Assembly: GCA_943787795.1 (NCBI GenBank)
Contig: CALSNU010000004.1
Location: 608,001 to 672,000 of the forward strand
Length of the DNA: 64,000 bases
Direction: 5' to 3'
Source of the DNA: an uncultured bacterium
GTDB lineage: Bacteria; Planctomycetota; UBA1135; GCA-002686595
Positions 1 through 9,312 of the stretch are shown piece after piece. The notes beneath the pieces are model-generated. The model was not told where the DNA came from. It made no database searches and was given only the letters and a program-made list of their open reading frames with translations. Within the stretch, counting starts at the first letter, position 1; each line of letters starts with the position of its first letter. A program made the translations under genes and the position numbers.

Positions 1-466
1 CGCCGAGGAGCCGGTCGAGGCCTCCTCCAAGGTCGGCCCGGGCCTGGGCCGCGAACGCCTCCCAGGCCGCGGGACTCCAGAGCCGGATCTCCGCAAAGCC
101 ACCCACCAGCACGACCTCCCGGGAGGCAGGGGCCCGACGGTCCACGCCCACGAGCGACAGCAGGCTATCGGGCACGCGGATACGGCCCTGTCGGTCGCAC
201 TTCACCGGCGCGCTGTGGGCTGCGATGGTCAGCAGGGTCGCCCTGGCGCGCTGGTCACGGGGGGCCTCGTCGACCAGGGCCCTCGCCCACAGGTCCCACT
301 GCTCTCGCTCCCGGAGGCAGACGCTGCCGTCGCCCTCCAGCGTCGCAACGAACCGGAACTCGGGCTGCCGGAGGCTCAGCTCATCGCGCAGGGACGCCGG
401 CAGTTGGATCCGGCCCTCCGCATCGATGGTGGCGCTGTGGGTTCCTAGGAAGAGGGAATTAGACAT
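1..466 (-). CDS. mraZ: MraZ transcriptional regulator (3' end runs off the left edge)
   Basis: Not in the ORF track. Translating the - strand from ATG at 466 gives MSNSLFLGTHSATIDAEGRIQLPASLR...VKCDRQGRIRVPDSLL...VVLVGGFAEIRLWSPAAWEAF. This has both DxxGRxxxP SpoVT/AbrB motifs and the C-terminal Trp segment of MraZ. No stop before position 1. Confidence 0.9.
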   Translation of the reverse strand, partial: MSNSLFLGTHSATIDAEGRIQLPASLRDELSLRQPEFRFVATLEGDGSVCLREREQWDLWARALVDEAPRDQRARATLLTIAAHSAPVKCDRQGRIRVPDSLLSLVGVDRRAPASREVVLVGGFAEIRLWSPAAWEAFAAQARADLGGGLDRLLG

Positions 467-540
467 GGCAGGTCGGGCAGCTCGACCATCCCAACTCCGC
501 ACCGCACGAACCGCAAGGGTCCTCCTTCTGCCCTTTTCTT

Positions 541-620
541 TCCAATCTCACTCCAATACTCCACCACTTCTCCACATCACCGCCATCCAGACCCCAAACA
601 CTCCCCACTTCCGAACCACC
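541..620 (-). promoter_or_regulatory. Phased (G/T/A)TGG repeat array upstream of mraZ, putative MraZ operator
   Basis: CCA on + at 561, 572, 583, 594, 605, 616 and at 542, 553, 564, i.e. exact 11-bp steps. Resembles GTGG/TGGG MraZ boxes. Confidence 0.6.
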
Positions 621-818
621 CACCCTCGGCACAGCAGATGGGTATCAGAGCGGGCGCTGATCGCCGGGGCAGCGTCTCTCCCGGGCTTATCCACGCGGAG
701 CCACGGCAAATCGAGTCGAACGCCCAGAGCGGCCTGCCGGCGGCGGATCGGATTCAATTGCCCGCCCCGTTGCCCGACTTGCGTCCAAGAGTTGATCGCA
801 TGGTATGTTCGGGCCGCC

Positions 819-1751
819 ATGCCTATTCGCCCCCGCTCCACGCAGCCCACCGTCCAGCCCGTCGAACATGTCTTCCCCCAGTGGGGAGTGGATGTGTTCG
901 AGAGTCACCATGCCGCAGGCTGGAGGATGCCTCCCGCCGCCCATGACTTCCTGAAGATCGTCCTGGTCCATGACGGTATGGGCACCCTGAGGTGCGGCCC
1001 GGATGCGACAGAGTGCCGCCGGGGAGACGCCCTCGTGATCCCCGCGGGCCGGTCCCACGAGATCTGCGACTCCGACAGCGAACCCCTCTCGCTCTACGTG
1101 GTCAGCATCCGCAGCCGCGTGCTGGAGCTGGCCTGCTTCGACCCCACGGTCCTGTCCTCGGGCGTCGTACACCTGGACCCGCACACCGCGGAGAAGGTCG
1201 AGCGGAGCATGCGCCGCCTCCTCTTCGAACAGACCCTCGACACCCCGACCACCGGTGCTCAGATGATCGCCCTCGCGCTGCGCCTGATCGCTGACCTCGC
1301 GCGTACGGGAGAGGTTGAGGCTTCGAACTCCGGGGCAGGTCAGCGCACCCTCCGCGGCGCGGACAGCGTCGAGCGCATGCGCAGCTACGTAGAGGACCTC
1401 TCCGAGAACTTCTTCGAGGCCACCAACCTCGACGCCGCGGCGTCCACGCTCGGCCTCTCGCGCAGGCGCTTCACGCAGCTCTTCCGCGAGGTCACGGGGA
1501 CCTCCTGGCTGGCGCACGTCCGCAAGCTCCGGATCGACCACGCCAAGAAGCTCCTCGAGTCCACCAGCCGGACGGTCCTCTCGGTCGCCTTCGAGTGCGG
1601 CTTCGAGGACCTCTCCACCTTCTACCGCGCCTTCAAGCGCGAGACCGACGAGAGCCCGAACAAGTGGCGGACGCACAAGCGCCGCGAGGAGACCCCCGGC
1701 GATCGCGCCGATCTGACTCCCGACCAGAGCCCCAGCGAGGGCGTCGCCTGA
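819..1751 (+). CDS. AraC-family transcriptional regulator (cupin sensor + double HTH)
   Basis: N-terminal cupin (HDFLKIVLVHDG...PAGRSH) and C-terminal AraC signature (VAFECGFEDLSTFYRAFKRETDESPNKWR). Start moved to ATG 819 because the longer ORF overlaps mraZ. Confidence 0.9.
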   Translation: MPIRPRSTQPTVQPVEHVFPQWGVDVFESHHAAGWRMPPAAHDFLKIVLVHDGMGTLRCGPDATECRRGDALVIPAGRSHEICDSDSEPLSLYVVSIRSRVLELACFDPTVLSSGVVHLDPHTAEKVERSMRRLLFEQTLDTPTTGAQMIALALRLIADLARTGEVEASNSGAGQRTLRGADSVERMRSYVEDLSENFFEATNLDAAASTLGLSRRRFTQLFREVTGTSWLAHVRKLRIDHAKKLLESTSRTVLSVAFECGFEDLSTFYRAFKRETDESPNKWRTHKRREETPGDRADLTPDQSPSEGVA

Positions 1752-1798
1752 CGCCGCGACCCCCTCTCGCCCCCCGCACCGCCCCTCCCCCACCGACC

Positions 1799-2548
1799 AT
1801 GCTCCTCACCGCAACCCTCCTCCTTCCGCTCGTCTCCTCCCCTGCCGCCGCCCTCGCCCCCAGCTCGATCCCTCTGAGCCAGGAGGAGGTTCCGACCGCG
1901 AAGGAGGGCGAGAGCAAGCACCGCTATCCGGTGACGATCAAGTCCACCCTTAGCGAGGCCGACGCCAAGAAGAAGGACGCCAAGCCCCAGGACCTCGACC
2001 TGATCGGGCTCGCGATCCGGGAGAAGACGATCTTCAACGTGAACGTCTACTCCTACGTGGTCTACGCGGACTCCGCCTTCGTGGCGAAGGACCTCGCCGC
2101 CTGGAAGGGCAAGAGCGCCAAGGCCCTCGGCAAGGACGCAACGCTGTACAAGACGCTCCTCAGCCCCAATGGCACGAAGGAGCTGCGCATGCGCTTCTGC
2201 CGGGACGTGGACGCGGAGGACATCGTCGAGGCCTTCGAGGACTCCCTCGAGCCGCGCATCCTCTCCCGCCGCAAGGCCATGGAGGGCACGAAGGCCGAGA
2301 AGCTGAAGGACCTCACCACGTTCCGCGGCTTCTTCTCCCTCGACGAGCTGAAGGAGGGGAACGAGCTGCGCTTCACGTGGCACCCGGACGGGACGCTCTG
2401 CACCGTGGTGAACGGGGAGCGCAAGCCGGACCTCAAGTCCCAGGACCTCGCGTGGGCCATGTTCGACGTGTACCTCGGCGACGATCCGATCTCGAAGTCC
2501 GGCAAGAAGAAGCTCGTGTCGCGCCTCCCCGGGCTCCTCGCGGACTGA
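1799..2548 (+). CDS. Secreted chalcone-isomerase-like (CHI-fold) protein
   Basis: Signal peptide MLLTATLLLPLVSSPAAA; CHI-like motifs GLAIREKTIFNVNVY and AMFDVYLGDDPIS. Confidence 0.75.
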   Translation: MLLTATLLLPLVSSPAAALAPSSIPLSQEEVPTAKEGESKHRYPVTIKSTLSEADAKKKDAKPQDLDLIGLAIREKTIFNVNVYSYVVYADSAFVAKDLAAWKGKSAKALGKDATLYKTLLSPNGTKELRMRFCRDVDAEDIVEAFEDSLEPRILSRRKAMEGTKAEKLKDLTTFRGFFSLDELKEGNELRFTWHPDGTLCTVVNGERKPDLKSQDLAWAMFDVYLGDDPISKSGKKKLVSRLPGLLAD

Positions 2549-2612
2549 CTCCCGCGCGCGAACTACGCGGGCCCGGGGTCGAACCTCGGGCCCCGTCCCC
2601 CACAATAGGGGC

Positions 2613-2900
2613 ATGGATCACCAGCCCCCGACGGTCGAGCTCCTCGAAGCTCGCCACAGCTTCCCCTGCCCCTTCACCTTCAAGGTGATCGGCGCCACGG
2701 GGGCCGACCTGCCGGCGCGCGCCAGCGCCTGCGTCCAGGGGTGCCTTGGGCTCGAAGCTCCGCCCCCCTCGAGCGTGAAGACCGCCTCGGGGGGCCGGCA
2801 CGAGTCGGTGACCCTCGAGCCCGTCTGCCCCGACGCCAGCTCGGTGATCGACGTCTACGCCGCCCTACGCAGGCTCGAGGGCGTGATGTTCCTCTTCTGA
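2613..2900 (+). CDS. DUF493/YbeD-like protein
   Basis: 95 aa; FPCPFTFKVIG, SGGRHESVTL and VYAAL...GVMFLF match the family pattern. Confidence 0.85.
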   Translation: MDHQPPTVELLEARHSFPCPFTFKVIGATGADLPARASACVQGCLGLEAPPPSSVKTASGGRHESVTLEPVCPDASSVIDVYAALRRLEGVMFLF

Positions 2901-2941
2901 GCGGCTGACCTGCTCCCCCGCCCGACCATGCGCAGGGCCCG

Positions 2942-4705
2942 TCAATAGGGCCAGCGACGGACCCCCACGCGAGCGGCCCAGGCCTGCCACTCGGACGCCA
3001 TCTGTGCGACGCGGCCCGGCTGCTCCGCTGAGAGGTCATGGAGCTCGGTCCGATCGGACCACATGTCGTAGAGCGCCCAGCGAACAGGCTGAGCCTTCCG
3101 ATAGGTCGAGACGATCTTGAACCGACCGTCGCGCATGGCGAGGTTTCCGTGGTGCTCGAAGAAGAGCGGCCGCTCACGCTCGAGCTCGCCCCCGCGCAGG
3201 TGCGGCATCAGATCGACGCCCTCCATGGGCTGCACCTCCGAGCCGCTGAAGGCGGCGGGGTACGCCCCCCCTCCGGCGCGGAGGAAGGTCGGCATCACAT
3301 CGATCAGGTGGCCCGGCGCATGCACGATCTTCCCCGCCCGCTCGGGCCCAAGCCCCGCCGGCCAGTGGACGATGAACGGGCTGCTGATCCCCCCCTCGAG
3401 CCCGTCATGCTTGAAGCCGCGGAAGGGCGCGTTCGACACGCTCGCCCAGCCAGGCCCGTAGGAGACGTAGCTGTCCTCCGGCCCTGCCATGACCGCGGGC
3501 CCGGTTCGTACCGCTCGGCCGTCCCGGGTCTGCATGGGCGGCCAGATCTTCATCTGCAACCCGTCCGGCCCCAGGGGCTCGTACTTCACGCCGTCCAGGT
3601 CCTTGGCGTTGGATCGGAACCCCATGTTCTCAGCGCACCCGCCGTTGTCCTGGAGGTAGACGAAGAGCGTGTTGTCCAGCTCACCCCGCCCCTCCAGCGA
3701 CTCCACGATGCCGGCAATACCCCGGTCCATGCGCGTCACCATCGCCGCGTAGCACTCCATGTTGCGTGCCTCCCACTCGAGGTGCTTCATGCTCTGCCAT
3801 TCCCTGGCGAGCGGAGCCTGCTGCCACCGCTCGTCCAGCAGACCGAGCTCAACCGCCCGCGCCCGGCGAGCGGCGGCGACGGGCGCGAAGCCCCGGTCAT
3901 ACAGCCCGTCATAGGCGTCGATCTCCTCCTCCGGCGCGTGCATGGGCCAGTGCGCCGAGGTGTAGCTCACGTACAGGAAGAGCGGCGCCTCGGCGTGCTC
4001 TCCGTCGAAGTGATCCTCGATGAACCGCTGTGCGTTCTCGCTGATCGCGTCGCTGTAGTAGAAGCGCTCCGGCTGATAGAGCGGGTCGTTCTCCGGGGTG
4101 ATGAACGTGTTGCCTCGACAGAGGGTCGTCGGGTCATAGAAGCTCCCCGCGCCCGTGATGGTGCCGTAGAAGCGATCAAAGCCCCGCTGTAGTGGCCAGT
4201 TGTGCTTGAGCCCATCAGCTCGCACGTGCTTGGTCACGTGCCACTTGCCAGAGAGATAGGCTCGGTAGCCGCCGCGCCCGAGGGCCTCCGCGAGGGTCAC
4301 GCACCGCCGGTTCAGGTCTCCCCGGTAGGCGTCAGTGCCGCGGTCGGAGGTCATCAGCCCGATCCCCGCCTGGTGAGAGTAGAGGCCCGTGAGCAGCGAC
4401 GCGCGCGTCGGGCAGCACCGCGAGGTGTTGTAGAACTGCGTCATCCGCACGCCCCCCGCCGCGAGGCGGTCGAGGGCCGGCGTCTGGATCTCGCCGCCGT
4501 AGCAGCCGATGTCCGTGAAGCCCATGTCGTCCGCCATCACGAGGACGATGTTCGGGCGCCGATCCCGGGGCGGGGCGACCCGAGCCTCAGACAGGACAGC
4601 GCGGCCCGCTCCCGGCAGCCAGGGCGCCGAACTCGGGGGAGATGCGATCGTCCCCGCGCCTGCCGGAGCCGACGCGAGGACGAGGAGGAGCGCGGCGTTG
4701 ATCAT
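2942..4705 (-). CDS. Arylsulfatase (formylglycine-dependent, family S1), secreted
   Basis: PNIVLVMADDMG, CCPTRASLLTG (CxPxR), GKWH, DNG motifs; N-terminal signal peptide. Confidence 0.93.
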   Translation of the reverse strand: MINAALLLVLASAPAGAGTIASPPSSAPWLPGAGRAVLSEARVAPPRDRRPNIVLVMADDMGFTDIGCYGGEIQTPALDRLAAGGVRMTQFYNTSRCCPTRASLLTGLYSHQAGIGLMTSDRGTDAYRGDLNRRCVTLAEALGRGGYRAYLSGKWHVTKHVRADGLKHNWPLQRGFDRFYGTITGAGSFYDPTTLCRGNTFITPENDPLYQPERFYYSDAISENAQRFIEDHFDGEHAEAPLFLYVSYTSAHWPMHAPEEEIDAYDGLYDRGFAPVAAARRARAVELGLLDERWQQAPLAREWQSMKHLEWEARNMECYAAMVTRMDRGIAGIVESLEGRGELDNTLFVYLQDNGGCAENMGFRSNAKDLDGVKYEPLGPDGLQMKIWPPMQTRDGRAVRTGPAVMAGPEDSYVSYGPGWASVSNAPFRGFKHDGLEGGISSPFIVHWPAGLGPERAGKIVHAPGHLIDVMPTFLRAGGGAYPAAFSGSEVQPMEGVDLMPHLRGGELERERPLFFEHHGNLAMRDGRFKIVSTYRKAQPVRWALYDMWSDRTELHDLSAEQPGRVAQMASEWQAWAARVGVRRWPY

Positions 4706-4731
4706 GCCGCCAGCCTAGCCGCTATCGCGAT

Positions 4732-6948
4732 TCAGGCCGAGGGGTCTGCCAGGCCATGGAAGGTCCCGCTGTCCGCGGCCAGCCGGCGGAGGATCTCCGC
4801 GGGCTCGAAGCGCTCGGCCGCGGCCCCGCGCTCGGCCACGTCGGCCATGGCACGGTGCGCATCCATCCGCTCGCAGATGTTGCCCGCTCCGACGGAGTCC
4901 ACGTACTTGAGCAGCCCCCCGCGGAACGGGGCGAAGCCGGTCCCAAACACCGTGGCGAGGTCGAACTCTGCCGGCGTCGCCACGACCCGGTCCTCGAAGG
5001 CGCGGGCGCCCTCTCCGACCATGGCCAGCACCACCCGCTCGACGATCTCCACGTCGCTCATGCGCATGGCTCGGCTGCTGGACTGGTACCCCGAGAGGTC
5101 CTCCATGAGGGTGGGCGCGCTCTTCCTGCCGCGTCCCTTGCGGCGGTGATCGTAGAACCCGGCCCCTGACTTCTTGCCGAGTCGGTCCGGGCCCATCATG
5201 CCCAGCAGCGCCTCGGTCGGCGCCATGCGCTCCCCGTACCCCTCGTGCAGGGACTTGGCCGCGTGCGCCGCGATGTCGAGCCCGACCTCGTCGAGCAGGG
5301 TGAACGGCCCCATGGGCATGCCGAAGCGCACCATCAGCCGATCGACGCGCAGCGGGCTCACGCCCTCCACGAAGAGCCGGACCGCCTCGTCGAGGTAGGG
5401 ACCCAGCAACCGGTTCACTAGGAAGCCGGGCACGTCACGGGTCACCACGGGCGTCTTGCCGAGGGCCACCGAGAGGGCGGCGATCTTCGTGACGGTCTCG
5501 TCGGACGTCTGCTCACCGCGCACGATCTCCACCAGCGGCATCTGCTTGACCGGGTTGAAGAAGTGCATCCCCACCACGCGCTCGGGGTGCGGCGTGGCCG
5601 CCTGCATCGCGGTGACGCTCAGCGAGGACGTGTTCGTGCAGAGGATCGCGTCGTCCGCCATCTCCTCCGCCAGCTGGCCGAGCACCTTGTCCTTCACCTC
5701 CAGCACCTCCGCCACCGCCTCGACCGCCACGTCCGCCGCCGCGATCGCACCGATGCTGAGGGAGACCTCCAGCCGGTCGATGGCGCGGTTGGCCTCATGG
5801 GGCTGGTAGCGGCGGCGCTTGCGCTTCTTCTCCACGTCCTTGCGGTGGGTGATCGTCGCCGCGTCGAGCGCACCCTGAGAGAGGTCGAAGAGGCGCACGT
5901 GCAGGCCTCGGTCGGCCATGAGGCTGGCGATGCCTGCGCCCATCACGCCGCCGCCCACGACCGCGCCCGCCCTCATCCTCGGCGGGGCGCTGCCGTCCTC
6001 GAACTGCGCCGCCTTCTTGGCGGCCTCGGAGGCGAAGTAGATGGAGACGAGGTTCTTGCAGACCTTGCCGGTGACCAGCTCGACCGTCCCCTCCGCCTCG
6101 ATCCGTGCCGCCTCTTGGCGGGTCTTGCTCGGCGCGTTCAGGACGATGTCCAGGGCGCGATACGGCGCGGGGTAGTTCCCGTGCGCCTTGCGGTCGATCT
6201 GCTTGGTGGCCTGGTTCGAGATCACGAAGCGGGCCAGCGGGTTGCGGTCCACCATCCAGCTCTTCCAGCCGCGGCTCCGGCGCCGGAGCCGCTCGCGGCC
6301 CATGGCCATGTCGCTGGCCACGCGCACGAGGTACTCCTTCTTCGTGAGGCGGTCGACCATCCCGAGGCGCTTGGCCTTCTTCGCCGGGTAGAGACGCCCC
6401 GTGAGGATCGCGTCGAGCGCCGTCGGGACGCCGACGCGCTTGGGCAGGCGGTGCGACCCGCCCCAGCCCGGGATGATGCCCAGCTGGGTCTCAGGGAGCC
6501 CGATGCGGGTCTTCTTGTCGTCGGTCGCGACGATGGCGTCGCAGGCGAGGCTGATCTCGAACGCGCCGCCGGGCACTGGACCTCCGACGGCCGCGATGGT
6601 CCGCGCCCGCATGGACTCGAGGCGCCCGAACAGCTCGTGCACCATGAGGACGGCGTCGCGCACAATGCCGGGGTCGGTGACCGTCGCGATCGCCTCCACG
6701 TCCGCGCCGGCGAGGAACTGATCCGCGCGACGACCCGTGAGCACGATGCCCGTGATCGAGGTGTCGGCCTCGAGCTCGGTCAGCGCGGCGTCGATGTCCC
6801 GCAGCATCGGCGCGTCCAGCACCGGAAAGCTGCGGTGCGGCGGGTCCATGACGAGGATCGCGAGCCCTGGCTCCGGGCGCTCCACGCGGACACACGTTCC
6901 GGGCTCAGGCGCGTTCTCGATCCCGGGGAATCTGCTGATGTCCATCAT
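4732..6948 (-). CDS. fadJ: Fatty-acid oxidation complex alpha subunit (enoyl-CoA hydratase + 3-hydroxyacyl-CoA dehydrogenase), FadJ/FadB-like
   Basis: FLAGAD, GGAFE, GLPETQLGIIPGWGG (crotonase); GGGVMGAGIA, TNTSSL, GMHFFNPV, GFLVNR (HAD). Confidence 0.93.
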   Translation of the reverse strand: MMDISRFPGIENAPEPGTCVRVERPEPGLAILVMDPPHRSFPVLDAPMLRDIDAALTELEADTSITGIVLTGRRADQFLAGADVEAIATVTDPGIVRDAVLMVHELFGRLESMRARTIAAVGGPVPGGAFEISLACDAIVATDDKKTRIGLPETQLGIIPGWGGSHRLPKRVGVPTALDAILTGRLYPAKKAKRLGMVDRLTKKEYLVRVASDMAMGRERLRRRSRGWKSWMVDRNPLARFVISNQATKQIDRKAHGNYPAPYRALDIVLNAPSKTRQEAARIEAEGTVELVTGKVCKNLVSIYFASEAAKKAAQFEDGSAPPRMRAGAVVGGGVMGAGIASLMADRGLHVRLFDLSQGALDAATITHRKDVEKKRKRRRYQPHEANRAIDRLEVSLSIGAIAAADVAVEAVAEVLEVKDKVLGQLAEEMADDAILCTNTSSLSVTAMQAATPHPERVVGMHFFNPVKQMPLVEIVRGEQTSDETVTKIAALSVALGKTPVVTRDVPGFLVNRLLGPYLDEAVRLFVEGVSPLRVDRLMVRFGMPMGPFTLLDEVGLDIAAHAAKSLHEGYGERMAPTEALLGMMGPDRLGKKSGAGFYDHRRKGRGRKSAPTLMEDLSGYQSSSRAMRMSDVEIVERVVLAMVGEGARAFEDRVVATPAEFDLATVFGTGFAPFRGGLLKYVDSVGAGNICERMDAHRAMADVAERGAAAERFEPAEILRRLAADSGTFHGLADPSA

Positions 6949-8267
6949 GAGGAGATCCTCTCGAGGAGGACGGCGCCGCCCTGGCCGCCGCCGATGCAGA
7001 GGGTCGCGAGCGTCAGCTCATGATCCCCTACCTCCAGTTCGTGGGCCGCGGTGAGGAGGAGCCGCGCGCCGGTGGCCCCCACGGGGTGACCGAGGGCGAT
7101 CGCGCCCCCGTTGATGTTGGTACGGGTGAGGTCCAGCTCGCCGACCGCGCCGCTGCGCCCGAGGCGCCCCGAGCCAAACTCGGCGCTCCCGAAGGCCTTT
7201 TGGCAGGCGATGACCTGGGCCGCGAAGGCCTCGTTCAGCTCGATCGCTCCCACGTCAGAGAGGCTGACCCCCGCCTGATCGAGGGCCCGCGCCGTGGCGT
7301 ACACAGGGCCGAGCCCCATCCGTTCGGGATCGCACCCCGACCAGGCCCATGACTTGATCCGGGCGAGCGGCGCGAGGCCGAGCTCGCTGGCACGCTCACT
7401 CGTCGTCACGATCAACGCACCGGCGCCGTCTGTGATTCCGCAGGCATTCCCCACGGTGACCACTCCGTCCGGCTTCTCGAAGTACGGGCGGAGCTTGGAG
7501 AGCTTGGCCGGCGACTGCCCATCGCGGATGCTGTCGTCGTGGATGAGGGAGCTGTCGCCCGTGCGCGCGCCCAGAGGCATGACGGGGAGGATCTCGCGAT
7601 CGAAGCGACCGGCGTCCCGCGCCTTGGCCGCGCGGTTGTGGCTCTGCGCCGCGTAGCCGTCGCAGTCCTCACGGGTGATCCCGAAGTCCCGGGCGAGGAG
7701 CTCGGCAGTCTGGCCCATGAGCAGGTCGCAGGTCGGGTCCGTCAATCCCTCCAGCAGCGCGATGCGCGGCTTCAGGAAGGAGGGTCGGAAGGAGGCCAGC
7801 GCCGCGAGCCGCTGACCCACGGATCTGGCACCGGCCAGCTTCGCGAACATCGCGGTCATCTTCTTGCTGACGATGAGCGGGTACTGGCTCATCACCTCCA
7901 CTCCCATGGTCAGGTACAGATCGCCCGAACCCGCCGCGATCGCCTGGGCCGCGGTCGTGACGGCCTCGATCCCCGAGGCACAGTTGCGGGCCACGGTCCG
8001 TGCGGGGACGTGACGCGGGACGCCGGCGCGCAGGGCGATGACCCTGGCGATGTTTGCCTGGTCATGGGGCTGCCCGACGCAGCCGACGATGACCTCGTCG
8101 ATCTCCGCCGGATCCAGCGAGGTGCGGGCGAGGAGCTCGCGGGCCACGACGGCGCCGAGGTGGCCGGCGTCCTCCTGACGGAAGCGAACACCTGCGCGAG
8201 CCCAGGGGCTGCGCAGACCTGCGGCGAGGACAATGTCGGGCCCTTCGGCCTTCTGGACCTGGGTCAT
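6945..8267 (-). CDS. fadI: 3-ketoacyl-CoA thiolase, FadI/FadA-like
   Basis: RNCASG, NEAFA, GHPVGATG, LCIGGGQG catalytic motifs; ATGA overlap with the alpha-subunit gene. Confidence 0.92.
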   Translation of the reverse strand: MTQVQKAEGPDIVLAAGLRSPWARAGVRFRQEDAGHLGAVVARELLARTSLDPAEIDEVIVGCVGQPHDQANIARVIALRAGVPRHVPARTVARNCASGIEAVTTAAQAIAAGSGDLYLTMGVEVMSQYPLIVSKKMTAMFAKLAGARSVGQRLAALASFRPSFLKPRIALLEGLTDPTCDLLMGQTAELLARDFGITREDCDGYAAQSHNRAAKARDAGRFDREILPVMPLGARTGDSSLIHDDSIRDGQSPAKLSKLRPYFEKPDGVVTVGNACGITDGAGALIVTTSERASELGLAPLARIKSWAWSGCDPERMGLGPVYATARALDQAGVSLSDVGAIELNEAFAAQVIACQKAFGSAEFGSGRLGRSGAVGELDLTRTNINGGAIALGHPVGATGARLLLTAAHELEVGDHELTLATLCIGGGQGGAVLLERISS

Positions 8268-8396
8268 GCGGTTCCGGTGCGGTCGGTGGCGGTGTCTCGT
8301 TCCGAGAGGAGGGCGAGCGAGCGGCCGACAGGAATGGCCGCCCAGGGCCCGCAGGGCCCCCCCCAGGGTCCCTTCTCGGCTAGAAGCTGCCTTACA

Positions 8397-8411
8397 GTTT
8401 ACGCTGTCAAC
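8397..8411. promoter_or_regulatory. Imperfect palindrome GTTTAC-GCT-GTCAAC, candidate TetR operator
   Basis: AT-rich dyad between divergent fadI and tetR; contains TTGACA on the - strand. Confidence 0.5.
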
Positions 8412-8623
8412 CTGGAATGCCGATGGATGCAGTGCAGATCGCCATCCATCTCACGCCCGAGAAGGCTCCCTCGCCGCCGAGGCTGGGCCCCCCTCCCGGA
8501 GCCTGTGCCCCATTCGGAGACGCGAGCCCCTGCCCTCAAGGCCCACCCGAGGTCTTGAGGCCCGGAACCCGCCAGCCTCCCTGGAGCCCGTCCCGCCACG
8601 CCACCACCGAGCGACCGAGCCAG

Positions 8624-9235
8624 ATGCCGCCCTCCCGCCAGACCCGCGACCCGGCCACGCCCCTCAGGGAGGCCATCCTCCAGGAAGCGCGTACGCTCCT
8701 GGAGAGCGAGGGCTACGCGGCGCTCTCCACGCGGCGGATCGCCTCGGCGGTGGGCTGCACGGCCACGAGCATCTACCTCCACTTCAAGAGCAAGGACTCG
8801 CTGATCTACGCGCTGATCGACGAGGGCTTCGACGAGCTGAACCGTCGGGTGCTCGAAGTCTCGCAGGGTGAGGGCACCGCGCTCGACCTCCTCCGGGACG
8901 TCGCGCTGGCCTACGTGGACTTCGGGCTCGAGCGTCCGGAGTACTACGAGATCATGTTCATGCTCCGCGCCGAGCAGATGGAGCGCTACCCCGTGGACGC
9001 CTACCGGAGGGCGCGCAGGAGCCTGGAGGTCTTCGCGGAGCTGACCGCCCTCCCCGCGGAGGAAGCGGCCCGCCGCGGGGCCATCGTCTGGTCCACGCTG
9101 CACGGCCTCGTCTCGCTCCTGATCGCCCAGCGCATCGACATCAGCCTCGACCGCTCGGCGCTCATCGAGGACTCGATTCACTCCGCCTGTCTCGGCGCCT
9201 TCGCGGCGCTCCCCTCTGGAGCCAACCGCACCTGA
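8624..9235 (+). CDS. TetR/AcrR-family regulator (WHG-type C-terminus)
   Basis: HTH LSTRRIASAVGCTATSIYLHFKSKDSL; WSTLHG motif. Start chosen at ATG 8624. Confidence 0.9.
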   Translation: MPPSRQTRDPATPLREAILQEARTLLESEGYAALSTRRIASAVGCTATSIYLHFKSKDSLIYALIDEGFDELNRRVLEVSQGEGTALDLLRDVALAYVDFGLERPEYYEIMFMLRAEQMERYPVDAYRRARRSLEVFAELTALPAEEAARRGAIVWSTLHGLVSLLIAQRIDISLDRSALIEDSIHSACLGAFAALPSGANRT

Positions 9236-9312
9236 CCCACCGACGCCCACCGGATGTCCCACCGCATCCCGGGCCGCCGGCTCAACCGCTAGCCACCGCC
9301 ACCGCTGCCATC

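Noticed and set aside
225..818. N-terminal extension of the AraC ORF
   Set aside because: Overlaps mraZ on the opposite strand and its promoter; the translation is not protein-like.
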